A stretch of 64,000 nucleotides of DNA from the NCBI GenBank assembly GCA_947259495.1, contig CAMYLV010000004.1, forward strand, positions 128,685 to 192,684, written 5' to 3'. Positions within the stretch are counted from its first letter, which is position 1. Every line of letters begins with the position of its first letter. This DNA is from an uncultured Desulfobacterales bacterium. GTDB taxonomy: Bacteria > Desulfobacterota > Desulfobacteria > Desulfobacterales > JAHEIW01. The notes beneath the pieces were generated by a model. It was given only the letters and a program-made list of their open reading frames with translations, was not told the DNA's origin and searched no databases. The translations under genes and the position numbers were made by a program. This document shows positions 9,628 to 20,175 of the stretch, piece after piece.

Positions 9628-9850
9628 ACAATCAATGAAACAGCTTGAGCGAATCGTCCAGGAGCTCGAAGACGGCGAGCTGCCTTTGGAAAAAGCAATC
9701 AAAAAATTTGAAGAAGGCATTAAACTGACCGAGTTATGCTCCGCCAAGCTGGATGAGACCGAGAAAAAAGTCACTATTTTGCTGAAAAACGCTGCCGGTC
9801 AGATGGTTGAAAAGCCATTTCGACCCGAGAGCGAACCAACCGGAGATTAA
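9608..9850 (+). CDS. xseB: exodeoxyribonuclease VII small subunit
   Basis: 80 aa. [35 protein letters not shown] is the typical XseB helix pattern. Immediately downstream of xseA. Confidence 0.85.
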   Translation: [80 protein letters not shown]

Positions 9851-9856
9851 CACTTT

Positions 9857-10759
9857 TTGAAAATGTTTGACCTGAAAGCATACCTTGCCAATAAAAGCAG
9901 CCGGATTAACCGGGCGCTGGCAGCCGTCTTGAAAACGTCAGGCAAGCCCGACCGCCTCCTGGAGGCCATGTCTTACGCTCTGATGGCCAAGGGCAAGCGC
10001 ATTCGACCCATTTTATGCCTGGCAGCAGCCGAGACGATTGATGGTGACCCGCAGGAGGTTATGCCGGCAGCCTGTGCACTTGAAATGGTCCATACCTACT
10101 CACTGATTCACGATGACCTTCCGGCGATGGATGATGATGACATGCGCCGTGGGCAACCCACCTGCCATAAGGCTTTTGACGAAGCCACTGCCATACTGGC
10201 TGGAGACGCCCTGCTGACGCTGGCTTTTCAAATGCTTTCATCCATGGCGACCAACGATCACAACCGGCAGCAAGCCTTCAAATGGTTGCGCGCCATTCAA
10301 TTGATTTCGCACGCAGCCGGTTATTGCGGTATGATTCAGGGGCAGATGCTGGATATGGCTTCCGAGCGAAAAGATTTAACACTGGCTGAATTAAAATCCA
10401 TGCATCGGCTGAAAACCGGTGCGCTGATCGAGGCTTCGGTCTCTTGCGGGGCAGAGCTGGTTGGTGTAAATTCCACCCAAATTCATATGCTTGAAAACTA
10501 TGCTCAAAAAATTGGCCTTGCCTTTCAGGTGACAGATGATATTTTAAATGTCGAGGGCGATCCCGAGATAATGGGTAAGGCCGTGGGAACCGACGAACGC
10601 CGCCGAAAAACGACCTACCCTGCCCTGCTGGGACTTGCGGAATCGAAAGAATTTGCCGCGCAGCTGGTTAAAGATGCTTTGCGTGCCCTTGATGCCTTTG
10701 ACCAGAAAGCCGACCCGCTGCGCGCCATCGCGCGCTATATCGGCGAAAGAAATCACTAA
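9857..10759 (+). CDS. ispA: (2E,6E)-farnesyl/geranyl diphosphate synthase (polyprenyl synthetase family)
   Basis: Two Asp-rich motifs: LIHDDLPAMDDDDMRRG and FQVTDDILN. TTG start at 9857, alternative ATG at 9863. Confidence 0.9.
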   Translation: MKMFDLKAYLANKSSRINRALAAVLKTSGKPDRLLEAMSYALMAKGKRIRPILCLAAAETIDGDPQEVMPAACALEMVHTYSLIHDDLPAMDDDDMRRGQPTCHKAFDEATAILAGDALLTLAFQMLSSMATNDHNRQQAFKWLRAIQLISHAAGYCGMIQGQMLDMASERKDLTLAELKSMHRLKTGALIEASVSCGAELVGVNSTQIHMLENYAQKIGLAFQVTDDILNVEGDPEIMGKAVGTDERRRKTTYPALLGLAESKEFAAQLVKDALRALDAFDQKADPLRAIARYIGERNH

Positions 10760-10784
10760 CAGCACAAAATTGGAGAAAAATCTA

Positions 10785-12707
10785 TTGAGTCTTTTAGAAC
10801 AGATAAATTCACCGGCGGATTTAAAGAAGCTGTCGCGCGACGAGCTGCCGTTGCTGGCAGAAGAAATTCGAAAGGCCATTGTTGACGTCGTCTCGGAAAC
10901 CGGCGGTCATCTGGCGCCAAGTTTAGGGGCTGTTGAACTGGCAATTGCGATTCATTATGTTTTTGACACACCCCGGGAGAAAGTTATCTGGGATGTCGGC
11001 CATCAGGCCTATGCGCACAAACTGCTCACCGGCCGCCGCGATCAATTTCATACCCTGCGACAGTTTAATGGAATATCCGGTTTCACCCGCCGCAGCGAAA
11101 GCCCTTACGATGCGTTTAGCACCGGTCACAGCAGCACCTCGATATCCGCCAGTCTTGGCATTGCCAGTGCCAAAGATATAAAGGATGAAGATGCCAAGGT
11201 GATTGCCGTCATCGGTGACGGCTCGATGACCGCCGGTATTGCTTATGAGGGCCTCAATCAAGCCGGAGGCATGTTGAGGGACAAAAACCTGCTCGTGATC
11301 CTCAATGACAATGAAATGTCGATTTCACCCAATGTCGGCGCCCTATCTTCTTTTCTGAGTCGCAAGTTTTCCGGCAAAAAAGTTCAGGAACTGCGCCGAG
11401 AACTGGGAGAATTTTTGAAATCGCTGCCCAAATTTGGCGACGACATTTACAAAGTAGCCAAAAAAACCGAGGATAGCCTGAAGGCGTTTGTCACACCGGG
11501 GATGTTGTTTGAAGCGTTTAATTTTGAATATTTTGGTCCCATTAACGGACATAAGTTGAATCATTTAATCGATATATTAAAAAACATCAAACGCCTCAAG
11601 GAACCCGTGCTTTTACATGTTTCCACCCAAAAAGGCAAAGGATACCCGCCCGCTGAAGAAAATCCGGTTTACTTTCACGGTTGCACCCGCTTTGAAGTCG
11701 AAACCGGTAACTGTCTGGATACAGCCAACCCGCAACCGTCCTATACAAAGGTATTTGGCGATACCATGGTTCAACTGGCCAAAACGGATGAAAAAATCGT
11801 TGCCGTAACAGCTGCTATGCCCGAGGGTACGGGTCTGGCGCAATTTTCCGAGCTATTTCCGGAACGATTTTTTGATGTCGGAATTGCGGAGCAGCACGGG
11901 GTCACGTTTGCAGCCGGTCTGGCCACTGAGGGATTAAAACCGGTGGTTGCCATCTACTCTACCTTTTTGCAGCGCGCATACGATCAGATTGTACACGATG
12001 TCTGTCTTGAATCGCTGCATGTTGTTTTCGTCCTCGACCGCGGTGGCATCGTGGGTGAAGACGGTCCCACCCATCATGGTCTATTTGATTTGTGCTATCT
12101 TCGAAATTTGCCCAATATGGTGGTCATGGCGCCTAAAGATGAAAATGAAATGCGTCGGATGCTGCTGACCGCCCTTGAGCACAGCGGCCCGGTTGCCCTC
12201 CGATACCCCCGGGGGACCGGTATCGGCACGATTCTTGAGAATCCCGTTCAGCCTCTGACCCTCGGCAAAGGCGAGACACTAAAGGAAGGCGAAGATGTAC
12301 TGATTCTGGCGCTTGGCCGATCCGTGTGCGAGGCTTTGGATGCCCATTCTGAATTGACCAAACAAGGCATATCAGCGACTGTCGTCAACTGCCGATTTGT
12401 AAAGCCACTGGACATCGATCTCATAAGTGCCTGGACGAAAAAGATCCCGCGTATCATTACCGTCGAGGAGAATATCCGCCAGGGCGGATTTGGCAGTGCT
12501 GTTTTGGAGGCCCTTAATGACGCCGCCATCACCGGTTTCCAGCTTGAGCGGATTGGTATTCCGGACACATTTGTCGAACATGGTCCCCAGACGCTTTTAC
12601 GATCAAAATACGGCGTTGATGCAGAAGCCATTGTCCAAAGCGCCAAACGTTTGATGGCTGCCGCTGCCGGCCAGAATGCAAAATGGCCGAACCGCCAGGC
12701 CGTTTAA
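10785..12707 (+). CDS. dxs: 1-deoxy-D-xylulose-5-phosphate synthase
   Basis: LSLLEQINSPADLKKL N-terminus, the GHSSTSISA motif and the GDGSMTAG thiamine-PP motif. Start trimmed from track position 10635 to the in-frame TTG at 10785, which follows GGAG at 10772-10775. The longer ORF overlaps ispA. Confidence 0.92.
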   Translation: MSLLEQINSPADLKKLSRDELPLLAEEIRKAIVDVVSETGGHLAPSLGAVELAIAIHYVFDTPREKVIWDVGHQAYAHKLLTGRRDQFHTLRQFNGISGFTRRSESPYDAFSTGHSSTSISASLGIASAKDIKDEDAKVIAVIGDGSMTAGIAYEGLNQAGGMLRDKNLLVILNDNEMSISPNVGALSSFLSRKFSGKKVQELRRELGEFLKSLPKFGDDIYKVAKKTEDSLKAFVTPGMLFEAFNFEYFGPINGHKLNHLIDILKNIKRLKEPVLLHVSTQKGKGYPPAEENPVYFHGCTRFEVETGNCLDTANPQPSYTKVFGDTMVQLAKTDEKIVAVTAAMPEGTGLAQFSELFPERFFDVGIAEQHGVTFAAGLATEGLKPVVAIYSTFLQRAYDQIVHDVCLESLHVVFVLDRGGIVGEDGPTHHGLFDLCYLRNLPNMVVMAPKDENEMRRMLLTALEHSGPVALRYPRGTGIGTILENPVQPLTLGKGETLKEGEDVLILALGRSVCEALDAHSELTKQGISATVVNCRFVKPLDIDLISAWTKKIPRIITVEENIRQGGFGSAVLEALNDAAITGFQLERIGIPDTFVEHGPQTLLRSKYGVDAEAIVQSAKRLMAAAAGQNAKWPNRQAV

Positions 12708-12802
12708 CCGGCTGTGAGATTGCGGTGGCCGGATTTCATACCCCGGAAGCCATATTTCTGTAACGTTACAACCTGTCAATACCGAATTCCCATCAGAGTC
12801 TC

Positions 12803-13558
12803 GTGTCTGAAAAAAAACACCGACTGGATTTGATACTTGTCGAAAAGGGATGGCTCAAAAGCCGACAGCGCGCCCGGGCCATGATCATGGCTGGAAAGGT
12901 TTTTGTCAATGGTCAGCGGGTTGATAAACCCGGATTTTCGGTCTCATCCAAAGATTCGATCGAATGCAAGGCTGACGACTTACCATATGTCAGCAGAGGG
13001 GGACTCAAACTTGAAGCTGCTTTACAACACCTGCCGCTGGATGTGACTGCAGCGATTTGCATCGATGTGGGTGCATCCACCGGCGGCTTTACGGATTGTC
13101 TTTTGCAGCATGGCGCCAAACGCGTTTATGCTGTGGATGTGGGCTACGGGCAACTGGCATGGAAAATCCGCCAGGACCCGCGCGTGATTGTCATCGAGCG
13201 CACCAATGTCCGGCACCTGGCTGCCGAGGCCATTCCGGAGCGGGTCGATTTGATTACTATCGATGTTTCTTTTATTTCGCTGAAAATTGTGGTCCCGGCC
13301 GTGAGCCGGTTTATGAAAACCGATGCGTCGATACTGGCCCTGATCAAACCGCAGTTTGAAGTTGGCAAAGGCCAGGTGGGCAAAGGCGGTGTGGTCCGGG
13401 ATCCGGACCTGCATCAGCAGGTCATCCAGGCGTTAGCGGATTTTTTCAGCACTCAGAGACTAATGTCCCGGTTGGTTTACCCCTCACCCCTGCTGGGGCC
13501 CAAAGGCAATCGTGAGTTTTTTATGCTTTTAAAACCACGTGTCGATCCTCAAAAATGA
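12803..13558 (+). CDS. tlyA: TlyA-family 16S/23S rRNA (cytidine-2'-O)-methyltransferase
   Basis: N-terminal S4 domain (RLDLILVEKGWLKSRQRARAMIMAGKVFVNGQ) plus FtsJ-like SAM motif (IDVGASTGGFTDCLLQHGA). Conserved xseAB-ispA-dxs-tlyA order. Confidence 0.85.
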   Translation: MSEKKHRLDLILVEKGWLKSRQRARAMIMAGKVFVNGQRVDKPGFSVSSKDSIECKADDLPYVSRGGLKLEAALQHLPLDVTAAICIDVGASTGGFTDCLLQHGAKRVYAVDVGYGQLAWKIRQDPRVIVIERTNVRHLAAEAIPERVDLITIDVSFISLKIVVPAVSRFMKTDASILALIKPQFEVGKGQVGKGGVVRDPDLHQQVIQALADFFSTQRLMSRLVYPSPLLGPKGNREFFMLLKPRVDPQK

Positions 13559-13735
13559 GATCCTGGTGACACTTGTATCTATGCATGTATACCGTGGCCG
13601 AATGATTCTTCAGGCGCGCCTTTATTTCAGGTTTAAACGTTGAGATTATTTTGGTCTTGATTTTTTCGACTATAAAAGATACTGAATCACGTTTAAAAAT
13701 TTATTCGTCATAAACCAACCGAAAGAGGTACCGTA

Positions 13736-15808
13736 ATGAGCGAAAAGGTGGAGCGTATCAGGAACATCGCACTGATAGGTCATGGGGGAGCCGGTAAAAC
13801 ATCGCTGGCAGAAGCGTTGTTGTATGATTCCGGTGTGATTAAACGATTGGGCAGCGTTGATGAAGGTAATTCAGCCATGGATTTTGAGCCCGAAGAGCTC
13901 AAACGCACGTCCAGTATCAGCAGTGGATTTCACCAACTCAACTGGAAGAATCATACCGTAAACCTCATTGACACCCCCGGAGATCAGAATTTTTTCTCCG
14001 ACACCAAAAGTTGTATGCAGGCGGCGGATGGTGTGGTGGTCGTTGTTGACGCGGTCGATGGGGTCAAGGTCCAAACCGAGCTGGCATGGGAGTTTGCCAG
14101 AGAATTCGAACTGCCCTGTGTCATTTTCATCAACAGATTGGACCGTGAACGGGCTGATTTCAATCGAACCTTTGAAGATGCCAAAGTCAGCTTCGAGCCC
14201 AAACCAATTATTCTTCAAGTGCCCATCGGTTCGGAAGCTGAATTTAAAGGTGCTGTCGACCTGATTCGCAATCAGGCTTATGTTTATGGTGCCGGCGGCA
14301 AGGCCAAAAAAGAAGATATACCGGCGGACATGCAGGATCTGGTGGAAAGTGAAAGAGAAGTTTTGATTGAAAATATTGCTGAAGCTGACGATGCCTTGAT
14401 TGAAAAATATCTTGAAGGCGAACGCCTATCGGATGAGGAGCTGAATGCAGCCCTGCGCAATGGTGTTCTGTCGCATACTTTTGTGCCGGTGATCTGTGGC
14501 TCAGCGACGAAAAATATCGGCATCGACCTGTTAATGGATTTTATTGTTACCAGCATGCCTTCACCGGCTGATCGTGGACCGAGAAAGGGGATTGATCCTG
14601 ACAGCGGCAATGAAATTGAAAGAGCACCGGATGAAAATGCACCTTTTTCCGCGTATGTGGTTAAGACGCTGGCGGATCCCTATGCGGGTCGACTGACGAT
14701 CTTCCGCGTGGTTTCCGGTAAATTGGGGCGCGATGGCACCTTTTACAATCCAAATAAAGACAACAAGGAAAGGTTTACCCAGCTCCTTTCCATCGCCGGC
14801 AAAGAACAAAAAGCGGCTACTGAGGCCGGCCCCGGTGCTATTGCTGCAGTTGCCAAATTAAAAGAAACCGCCACCGGCGACACGCTCTGTGACAGCAGTA
14901 ATAAGATTCAGTATGCCTGCGCAGAACCGCTTCCGAGCCTGATCTCTTTTGCAATGACAGCCAAATCTAAAGGTGATGAAGATAAAATTTTTATTTCCTT
15001 AACCAAGCTTCTGGAAGAAGATCCTTCCCTTAAACTGGAGCGCGTGGTTGAAACAAAAGAGATCCTGCTTTCCGGTCTGGGACAGATTCATATTGAAACC
15101 GTGCTCGAAAAACTCAAGCGAAAATTTGGCGTTGAAGCGCAGCTGAATACACCCAAGGTTCCCTATCGCGAAACCATAAAAGGCACAGCCCGGGTGCAGG
15201 GCAAACACAAAAAACAGACCGGTGGTCATGGTCAGTTCGGTGACTGCTGGATTCAAATTGAATCCCTGCCCCGTGGCAAAGGCTTTGAATTTGTAAACGC
15301 AATTGTCGGCGGTGTTATTCCGAAACAGTATATACCGGCTGTGGAAAAAGGCATCGTCGAGTCCTGTCAGAAAGGGATCCTGGCAGGCTTTCCGACTGTG
15401 GATTTTAAAGTTACCCTGGATGATGGATCTTTTCACCAGGTGGATTCTTCTGAAATGGCATTTAAGATTGCCGGGTCACTGGCATTTAAGAAAGCGGTGG
15501 AGGGCGCCAACCCGACGTTGCTTGAGCCCATCATGAAAGTGCAGGTGATCACACCGGAAGATTTCATGGGTGATATCATGGGAGATCTCAATGGCCGGCG
15601 GGGCAAAGTCCTGGGGATGGATAACGCCGGGAAAAATCAAGTAATTAATGCACAGGTGCCCATGGCGGAATTCTTAAGTTATGCTTCAGATCTGCGCTCG
15701 ATGACCGGCGGCCGGGGAATCTTTACGATGGAATTTTCACATTACGATGAAGTCCCCGCTCAGATCGCCGAAAAAATTATCGAAGAGACCAAACGGAGTC
15801 AGGAATAA
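13736..15808 (+). CDS. fusA: elongation factor G family GTPase (probably a second EF-G paralogue, not in an str-operon context)
   Basis: G1 GHGGAGKTS, G3 DTPGDQNF, 690 aa with a complete domain II-V pattern (GGHGQFGDCWI, DGSFHQVDSSE). Confidence 0.9.
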   Translation: MSEKVERIRNIALIGHGGAGKTSLAEALLYDSGVIKRLGSVDEGNSAMDFEPEELKRTSSISSGFHQLNWKNHTVNLIDTPGDQNFFSDTKSCMQAADGVVVVVDAVDGVKVQTELAWEFAREFELPCVIFINRLDRERADFNRTFEDAKVSFEPKPIILQVPIGSEAEFKGAVDLIRNQAYVYGAGGKAKKEDIPADMQDLVESEREVLIENIAEADDALIEKYLEGERLSDEELNAALRNGVLSHTFVPVICGSATKNIGIDLLMDFIVTSMPSPADRGPRKGIDPDSGNEIERAPDENAPFSAYVVKTLADPYAGRLTIFRVVSGKLGRDGTFYNPNKDNKERFTQLLSIAGKEQKAATEAGPGAIAAVAKLKETATGDTLCDSSNKIQYACAEPLPSLISFAMTAKSKGDEDKIFISLTKLLEEDPSLKLERVVETKEILLSGLGQIHIETVLEKLKRKFGVEAQLNTPKVPYRETIKGTARVQGKHKKQTGGHGQFGDCWIQIESLPRGKGFEFVNAIVGGVIPKQYIPAVEKGIVESCQKGILAGFPTVDFKVTLDDGSFHQVDSSEMAFKIAGSLAFKKAVEGANPTLLEPIMKVQVITPEDFMGDIMGDLNGRRGKVLGMDNAGKNQVINAQVPMAEFLSYASDLRSMTGGRGIFTMEFSHYDEVPAQIAEKIIEETKRSQE

Positions 15809-15927
15809 GATTTACCGCTGGTCGCGTGCGACTTGCTTCCGGCAACTGGGGACTGGCTTTCGAGCTTCAGATATCAGGCACAAAGATTAGGACTGAGTGC
15901 CCCGGTGACCGGCCGCCAGCGGTAAAG

Positions 15928-16572
15928 TCAATCCCCCGGTATCGCAAAAACCGGCATGCACCGTTTGGCCGGTGCGTATCCCTCCCAGTAGGCATCCCAT
16001 TTTTTCTGAAAGAGAATTCGGTTTTTGGGCTTGATGCGCTTGCCCGACGAACAGGTCGGCAGATGGAAGCGGCGTGATCTTTTGTTCCCGATATAGGTTG
16101 CATTTTGCTCGCGCCAATTCAGCCAGATTCCCCTTTTCTCCGACATCGCCGCCCGCTGCGCGGCGAGCAAGGTGGAATGGTACTTCACGTTCGGCCGTAT
16201 ATACAGCAGATAAGCGTAGCCCTGAGAAAGCATTTCGGCATTGACAAAGGTGCCGTCTTTCAGAAAAACATAGGCCAGGCGTCTTTGATACCGATCGTTG
16301 GGTTCTGTGTCGAATTCCAGGCGCACTTTTTTCTGCTGCAGCAGCCTGGCATTGAAATGTTTGGCTTCTGCCCCGTATGGTTCGGCGATATGATCGTCAC
16401 GCGCCAGTTCAGGTGCATTAATGCCGATATAGCGCACCTTTTGACCGTCAGTCAGGACAATCGTGTCGCCGTCAACGATCCATTTTACGAAATGCCCGTT
16501 ATCGGCCGAACATGCCTGTGGCAGCAGAAGAAGTATTAAACAAGACAACAATAATGCGATGAGTCGTTTCAT
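15928..16572 (-). CDS. secreted staphylococcal-nuclease (SNase/thermonuclease)-like nuclease with C-terminal Cys-containing tail
   Basis: Signal peptide MKRLIALLLSCLILLLLPQACSA. SNase core: VDGDTIVLTDGQKVRYIGINAPE...EPYGAEAKHFNARLL...DRYQRRLAYVF. Tail: RRFHLPTCSSG...YAPAKRC. Confidence 0.8.
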   Translation of the reverse strand: MKRLIALLLSCLILLLLPQACSADNGHFVKWIVDGDTIVLTDGQKVRYIGINAPELARDDHIAEPYGAEAKHFNARLLQQKKVRLEFDTEPNDRYQRRLAYVFLKDGTFVNAEMLSQGYAYLLYIRPNVKYHSTLLAAQRAAMSEKRGIWLNWREQNATYIGNKRSRRFHLPTCSSGKRIKPKNRILFQKKWDAYWEGYAPAKRCMPVFAIPGD

Positions 16573-16603
16573 AAATTTTAATTGTCGGTTCTGAACGCAG
16601 GCT

Positions 16604-17704
16604 TCAAATAGGTTTCAGATGACAAACCCTGGCAGCACTCATGTCCAGCATATGCGGCAGTCCGCCGATATCATCCGGTTTAAAACCCAATGCCTTTTGC
16701 CAGACTTCATCATCTTCCATACACAGATAAACGACGACATCCGGCGCATGGTTCCGAATGCATGCGATGATTTTACGGTACAGGTTAATTCGCAGCGGCT
16801 TGAAATAACGCATTTTTCCGTCAGGCCCTTTGATGAATTCCGCATACACAATTTTTGAGTCCGGAAACCGCTTTTGAATCACAGTTTTAACCGAAGGCAC
16901 AAATCGCAGGGCCCCGAGGCTGATCCACGCAATGTTTTCGGCCGATACGTGTGAAAACAAGCTTTCAATGACCCGGGCATACGCCTGTTCACAGCCATCG
17001 TAAATAATCAGGGGATCAAAATGAAATGCCAGCGGATATCCCCATTTTTCGCATCTGGCGGCCGCTTTTAGCCTGGCGGAAAGACGGGCTGTAGCGCGCT
17101 CCTCAGTACGAATAATACGGGAGGTGTTCAGAGACCAGGCCGTAATCGTTTTACGATTATGATTCAGATTCTGCAATTTTTCGATTGCGGTTGTTTTGGT
17201 TTTAAGCTCCAGGACAGCGTGCTGCTGAGCGGCAAAGCGTTCAATCAGTAACTTCGATAGATCGGTCCACAATTCCCAGATCAAACTATCGGTAAATTCA
17301 CCGGTACCGATTCGAAGTACTGTTTTTCCGGCCAGAACCGTATCGAGTTCGGCCATGAGATCTTCGTGATTTACGAAATACTCTAAAATCGGCGGATGAA
17401 AATAGGTTTGCAGGATACAATAGGTACAATCCATATAGCAGAAGGTGCCAAAATGCAGAATTTGGTAATCGCAGCAGGTATAATGACGCGTCCCCGGGCA
17501 ACGTTTAAAAAAGGCACCCCGATTTCGGGTTAAATACAGAATTTCTTTACCGCTTTGTACAGGGTCCGGAGCGGATGCGACCGCCGCATGCACCTGCCGG
17601 GCGTTTTGAACATATTCGGAAGGCACATCCAGACGGGCTCGGATGGATCGCGCCAGGGGGTGATCGGCAATTTGTTGGTTGATAAAAAGTTTTGATATTC
17701 GCAT
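16604..17704 (-). CDS. spore-photoproduct-lyase-like (SplB family) radical SAM protein
   Basis: CX3CX2C cluster motif CYMDCTYC. The overall SplB-like layout includes GTGEFTDS and a C-terminal region. 366 aa. Confidence 0.8.
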   Translation of the reverse strand: MRISKLFINQQIADHPLARSIRARLDVPSEYVQNARQVHAAVASAPDPVQSGKEILYLTRNRGAFFKRCPGTRHYTCCDYQILHFGTFCYMDCTYCILQTYFHPPILEYFVNHEDLMAELDTVLAGKTVLRIGTGEFTDSLIWELWTDLSKLLIERFAAQQHAVLELKTKTTAIEKLQNLNHNRKTITAWSLNTSRIIRTEERATARLSARLKAAARCEKWGYPLAFHFDPLIIYDGCEQAYARVIESLFSHVSAENIAWISLGALRFVPSVKTVIQKRFPDSKIVYAEFIKGPDGKMRYFKPLRINLYRKIIACIRNHAPDVVVYLCMEDDEVWQKALGFKPDDIGGLPHMLDMSAARVCHLKPI

Positions 17705-17709
17705 GCGGT

Positions 17710-18726
17710 TTAGCGCTTCAGGATTTCACCGAGCGCGGGGTGCCCGAGTATTTTTTCAATTCTTTTATTCAGATTACTGAGGTCTTGTCGATTTTCAAAA
17801 TGCAGGGTCAGGGCGTAAGTTGTGCCTTCAAAATTTTTTGGCGGAACCAATTGGATCTGCTTTCCGAGGTTAAGCTGCCGGACCCGCTTTTGGTAATCCG
17901 CCTCGGCTTTGGAGATGGCTGGATATCTTCGTTGTCGCAGATAAGATCTGATGTTTTGTCGTTGAACCGCACGGTCAATAGCCGTATTTTGCAAAATATT
18001 CTGCAATGGTTTTTCTGCGATCAATTGCTGGATGGAAACGTCTTCGCGTTTGGCAATTTCGGTCAGCAACAGAAGCAACTCTCTTTGTTTGTTCAACCCC
18101 ACTTTAAGCTGAATAAAAAATCCGACGAGCGCTGTGGCAACCGCAGCATCCAATTTGCCCAGTTCCAGGGCCATCGACATGTTGATGGTGCCGCTCAGAA
18201 TGCCGTCTTGAATGGGTAACGCCAGACGGCAAATTTCCCGGGCTTTAGGTACGACAGAAGGACTGATCGGCAATCCCAGAGACAGCGCTGCTTCCTTAAA
18301 CTGCTGTTGGTCCGGGCTCGTGTCAGCCAGCAGATTCAATGCCCTGGAAGTCTCAACCAGATTCAGTGGCCGCTGGAGAGCATTATCGGCAATTGCCAGC
18401 CGGGCTATTTCAAAACGATCGGCGCCGGCTTTATGAATTCTGGCCGTTATCGATTTCCAACCGAGCTGCCGGCACGCCGCAATCCGGCGAAACCCGCAGA
18501 CGATGCTGTATCCGGATGAATCCTCGATCAACACCGGCGGGTGCAGCAACCCGAGAGATTGAATCGTGTCCAGCAGATCTTCAACTTGCCTCCGGGTCGT
18601 AATGCGAAAAGTGGCGTCTTTTGCGTTAATCTCAGTGAGTGCGACCGTATCAGCATGGGCAACTGAATCCGAATCCGGTGAACTGTTTTCAGATCCTGGT
18701 TGACCATCGGATGATTTAGAGTCCAT
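17710..18726 (-). CDS. ParB/Srx N-terminal-domain protein (orphan ParB-like)
   Basis: ParB box [30 protein letters not shown] (GxRR arginine patch) followed by a helical region. No parA or parS context. 5-nt gap to the SPL-like gene and 11-nt overlap with purC. Confidence 0.75.
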   Translation of the reverse strand: MDSKSSDGQPGSENSSPDSDSVAHADTVALTEINAKDATFRITTRRQVEDLLDTIQSLGLLHPPVLIEDSSGYSIVCGFRRIAACRQLGWKSITARIHKAGADRFEIARLAIADNALQRPLNLVETSRALNLLADTSPDQQQFKEAALSLGLPISPSVVPKAREICRLALPIQDGILSGTINMSMALELGKLDAAVATALVGFFIQLKVGLNKQRELLLLLTEIAKREDVSIQQLIAEKPLQNILQNTAIDRAVQRQNIRSYLRQRRYPAISKAEADYQKRVRQLNLGKQIQLVPPKNFEGTTYALTLHFENRQDLSNLNKRIEKILGHPALGEILKR

Positions 18727-19612
18727 GACTGCTGCCGGTCAGCTGAGTTAAGGCGTCTAAATACTTTTGACGCGTTTTTACAACAACCGTTTCGGGCAGA
18801 GCGGGTCCGGGTGCTTTTTTATCCCAGTCCAATGAATTCAGATAGTCGCGGACATATTGTTTGTCATAGCTTTTTTGAGACCCGCCCGGGCGATAGCTTT
18901 CCTTCGGCCAAAAGCGCGACGAATCGGGTGTTAAAATTTCATCGATCAGAAGGATATCATCATCAATTTGACCAAATTCGAATTTTGTGTCCGCAATAAT
19001 AATTCCGCGTTCAGCAGCCAGAGTGGCACCTTTTTTGTAAATGGCCAAACTCAAGTCCCTAATCTTTTCAGCGGGCGTCTGGCCGATGAGGCGCACTGTT
19101 TCGGTAAAATCGATATTGATATCGTGCTCGCCGAGCTCGGCTTTGGTGGATGGCGTGAAAATAGGCTCAGGCAATTGTTGAGATTCCTTCAATCCCCCCG
19201 GCAACTGTATACCGCAAACGGCTCCCGAATCGCTGTACTCTTTCCATCCGGATCCCGATATGTAGCCTCGCACAATGCATTCAATCGGCAGCGGTTGGGC
19301 CTTTTTTACGAGCATGCTACGACCCTGCAAAACCGCCGCGTACGGACGGCAGACCGATGGGTACTGCTCGACATCCTTTGCGATCACATGATTTTCAACG
19401 AGCGGTTGCATAATATCAAACCAGAACAACGAAATCTGTGTCAAAATAGTGCCTTTGTCGGGAACCGGATCCGGCATGACCACATCAAATGCAGATATAC
19501 GGTCGGTCGCAACCATCAACAAATATTCCCCCAGATCGTAAACATCCCGAACCTTGCCGCGTTTTAAAAGTTTCAGTTCTGAGAATTCGGTTTCACTGAC
19601 AGGTTTCATCAT
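18716..19612 (-). CDS. purC: phosphoribosylaminoimidazole-succinocarboxamide (SAICAR) synthase
   Basis: [29 protein letters not shown] and [10 protein letters not shown] motifs. Start trimmed to the ATG at 19612, which is preceded by GAGGAG. Confidence 0.92.
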   Translation of the reverse strand: MMKPVSETEFSELKLLKRGKVRDVYDLGEYLLMVATDRISAFDVVMPDPVPDKGTILTQISLFWFDIMQPLVENHVIAKDVEQYPSVCRPYAAVLQGRSMLVKKAQPLPIECIVRGYISGSGWKEYSDSGAVCGIQLPGGLKESQQLPEPIFTPSTKAELGEHDINIDFTETVRLIGQTPAEKIRDLSLAIYKKGATLAAERGIIIADTKFEFGQIDDDILLIDEILTPDSSRFWPKESYRPGGSQKSYDKQYVRDYLNSLDWDKKAPGPALPETVVVKTRQKYLDALTQLTGSSHGL

Positions 19613-19780
19613 CGTTTTTACTCCTCTGTTCGGAAAAATTTTCTGTTGGCATGTTATCAAAAGATAGCCAACATTTATAGGGATTGTCAAAAACCGTTCC
19701 AGTAGTGGTATTTATATGGGGTATTCTGGAGTTAAGGTCAAGGGGCAGGTAGACAATTGCAAATTTTTTTTAATTTCCCT

Positions 19781-20137
19781 TTATGTGCTTTTGGCCTGGA
19801 AGGCATCGATGAATTGCTTTAGGAGTTTGCATGCCTTTTCATTGGTCTTGAGAAACTCAATGCCCACTTCATGTTTGCCATCGTCATTGATACGGCTATG
19901 CACGGGACGGCCTGTGATCTCGACCAGGTCCTCCTCCAATCCGAGAGTCAGCGTAACGGTGTGCTTTTCATCGATCGGGAAATGGGTTTCCAGCAAAATG
20001 CCGGATTCAGAAACATTTAGCGTCCGTCCCATACCCTGCTTGATAATCTGATTGTTTTCATCCAGACAGAAATAGGAAAGATTTAGCGAGTCGATTCGAG
20101 CGTGTTTTCTTTTTTCTTGTGTGGCCATAGTTTTCAC
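19781..20137 (-). CDS. PilZ domain protein (putative c-di-GMP receptor)
   Basis: RxxxR (RKHAR) and (D/N)xSxxG (NVSESG) motifs at the canonical spacing. 118 aa. Confidence 0.7.
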   Translation of the reverse strand: MKTMATQEKRKHARIDSLNLSYFCLDENNQIIKQGMGRTLNVSESGILLETHFPIDEKHTVTLTLGLEEDLVEITGRPVHSRINDDGKHEVGIEFLKTNEKACKLLKQFIDAFQAKST

Positions 20138-20175
20138 ATATTTGTTGTTTGTTTTTGGTTAACGTTTGATTTCCG

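Noticed and set aside
10635-10784. 5' extension of the dxs ORF as given in the track (start 10635)
   Set aside because: It overlaps the ispA 3' end by 125 nt and encodes non-Dxs-like sequence. The conserved Dxs N-terminus (LSLLEQINSPADLKKL) begins at the in-frame TTG at 10785, after GGAG.
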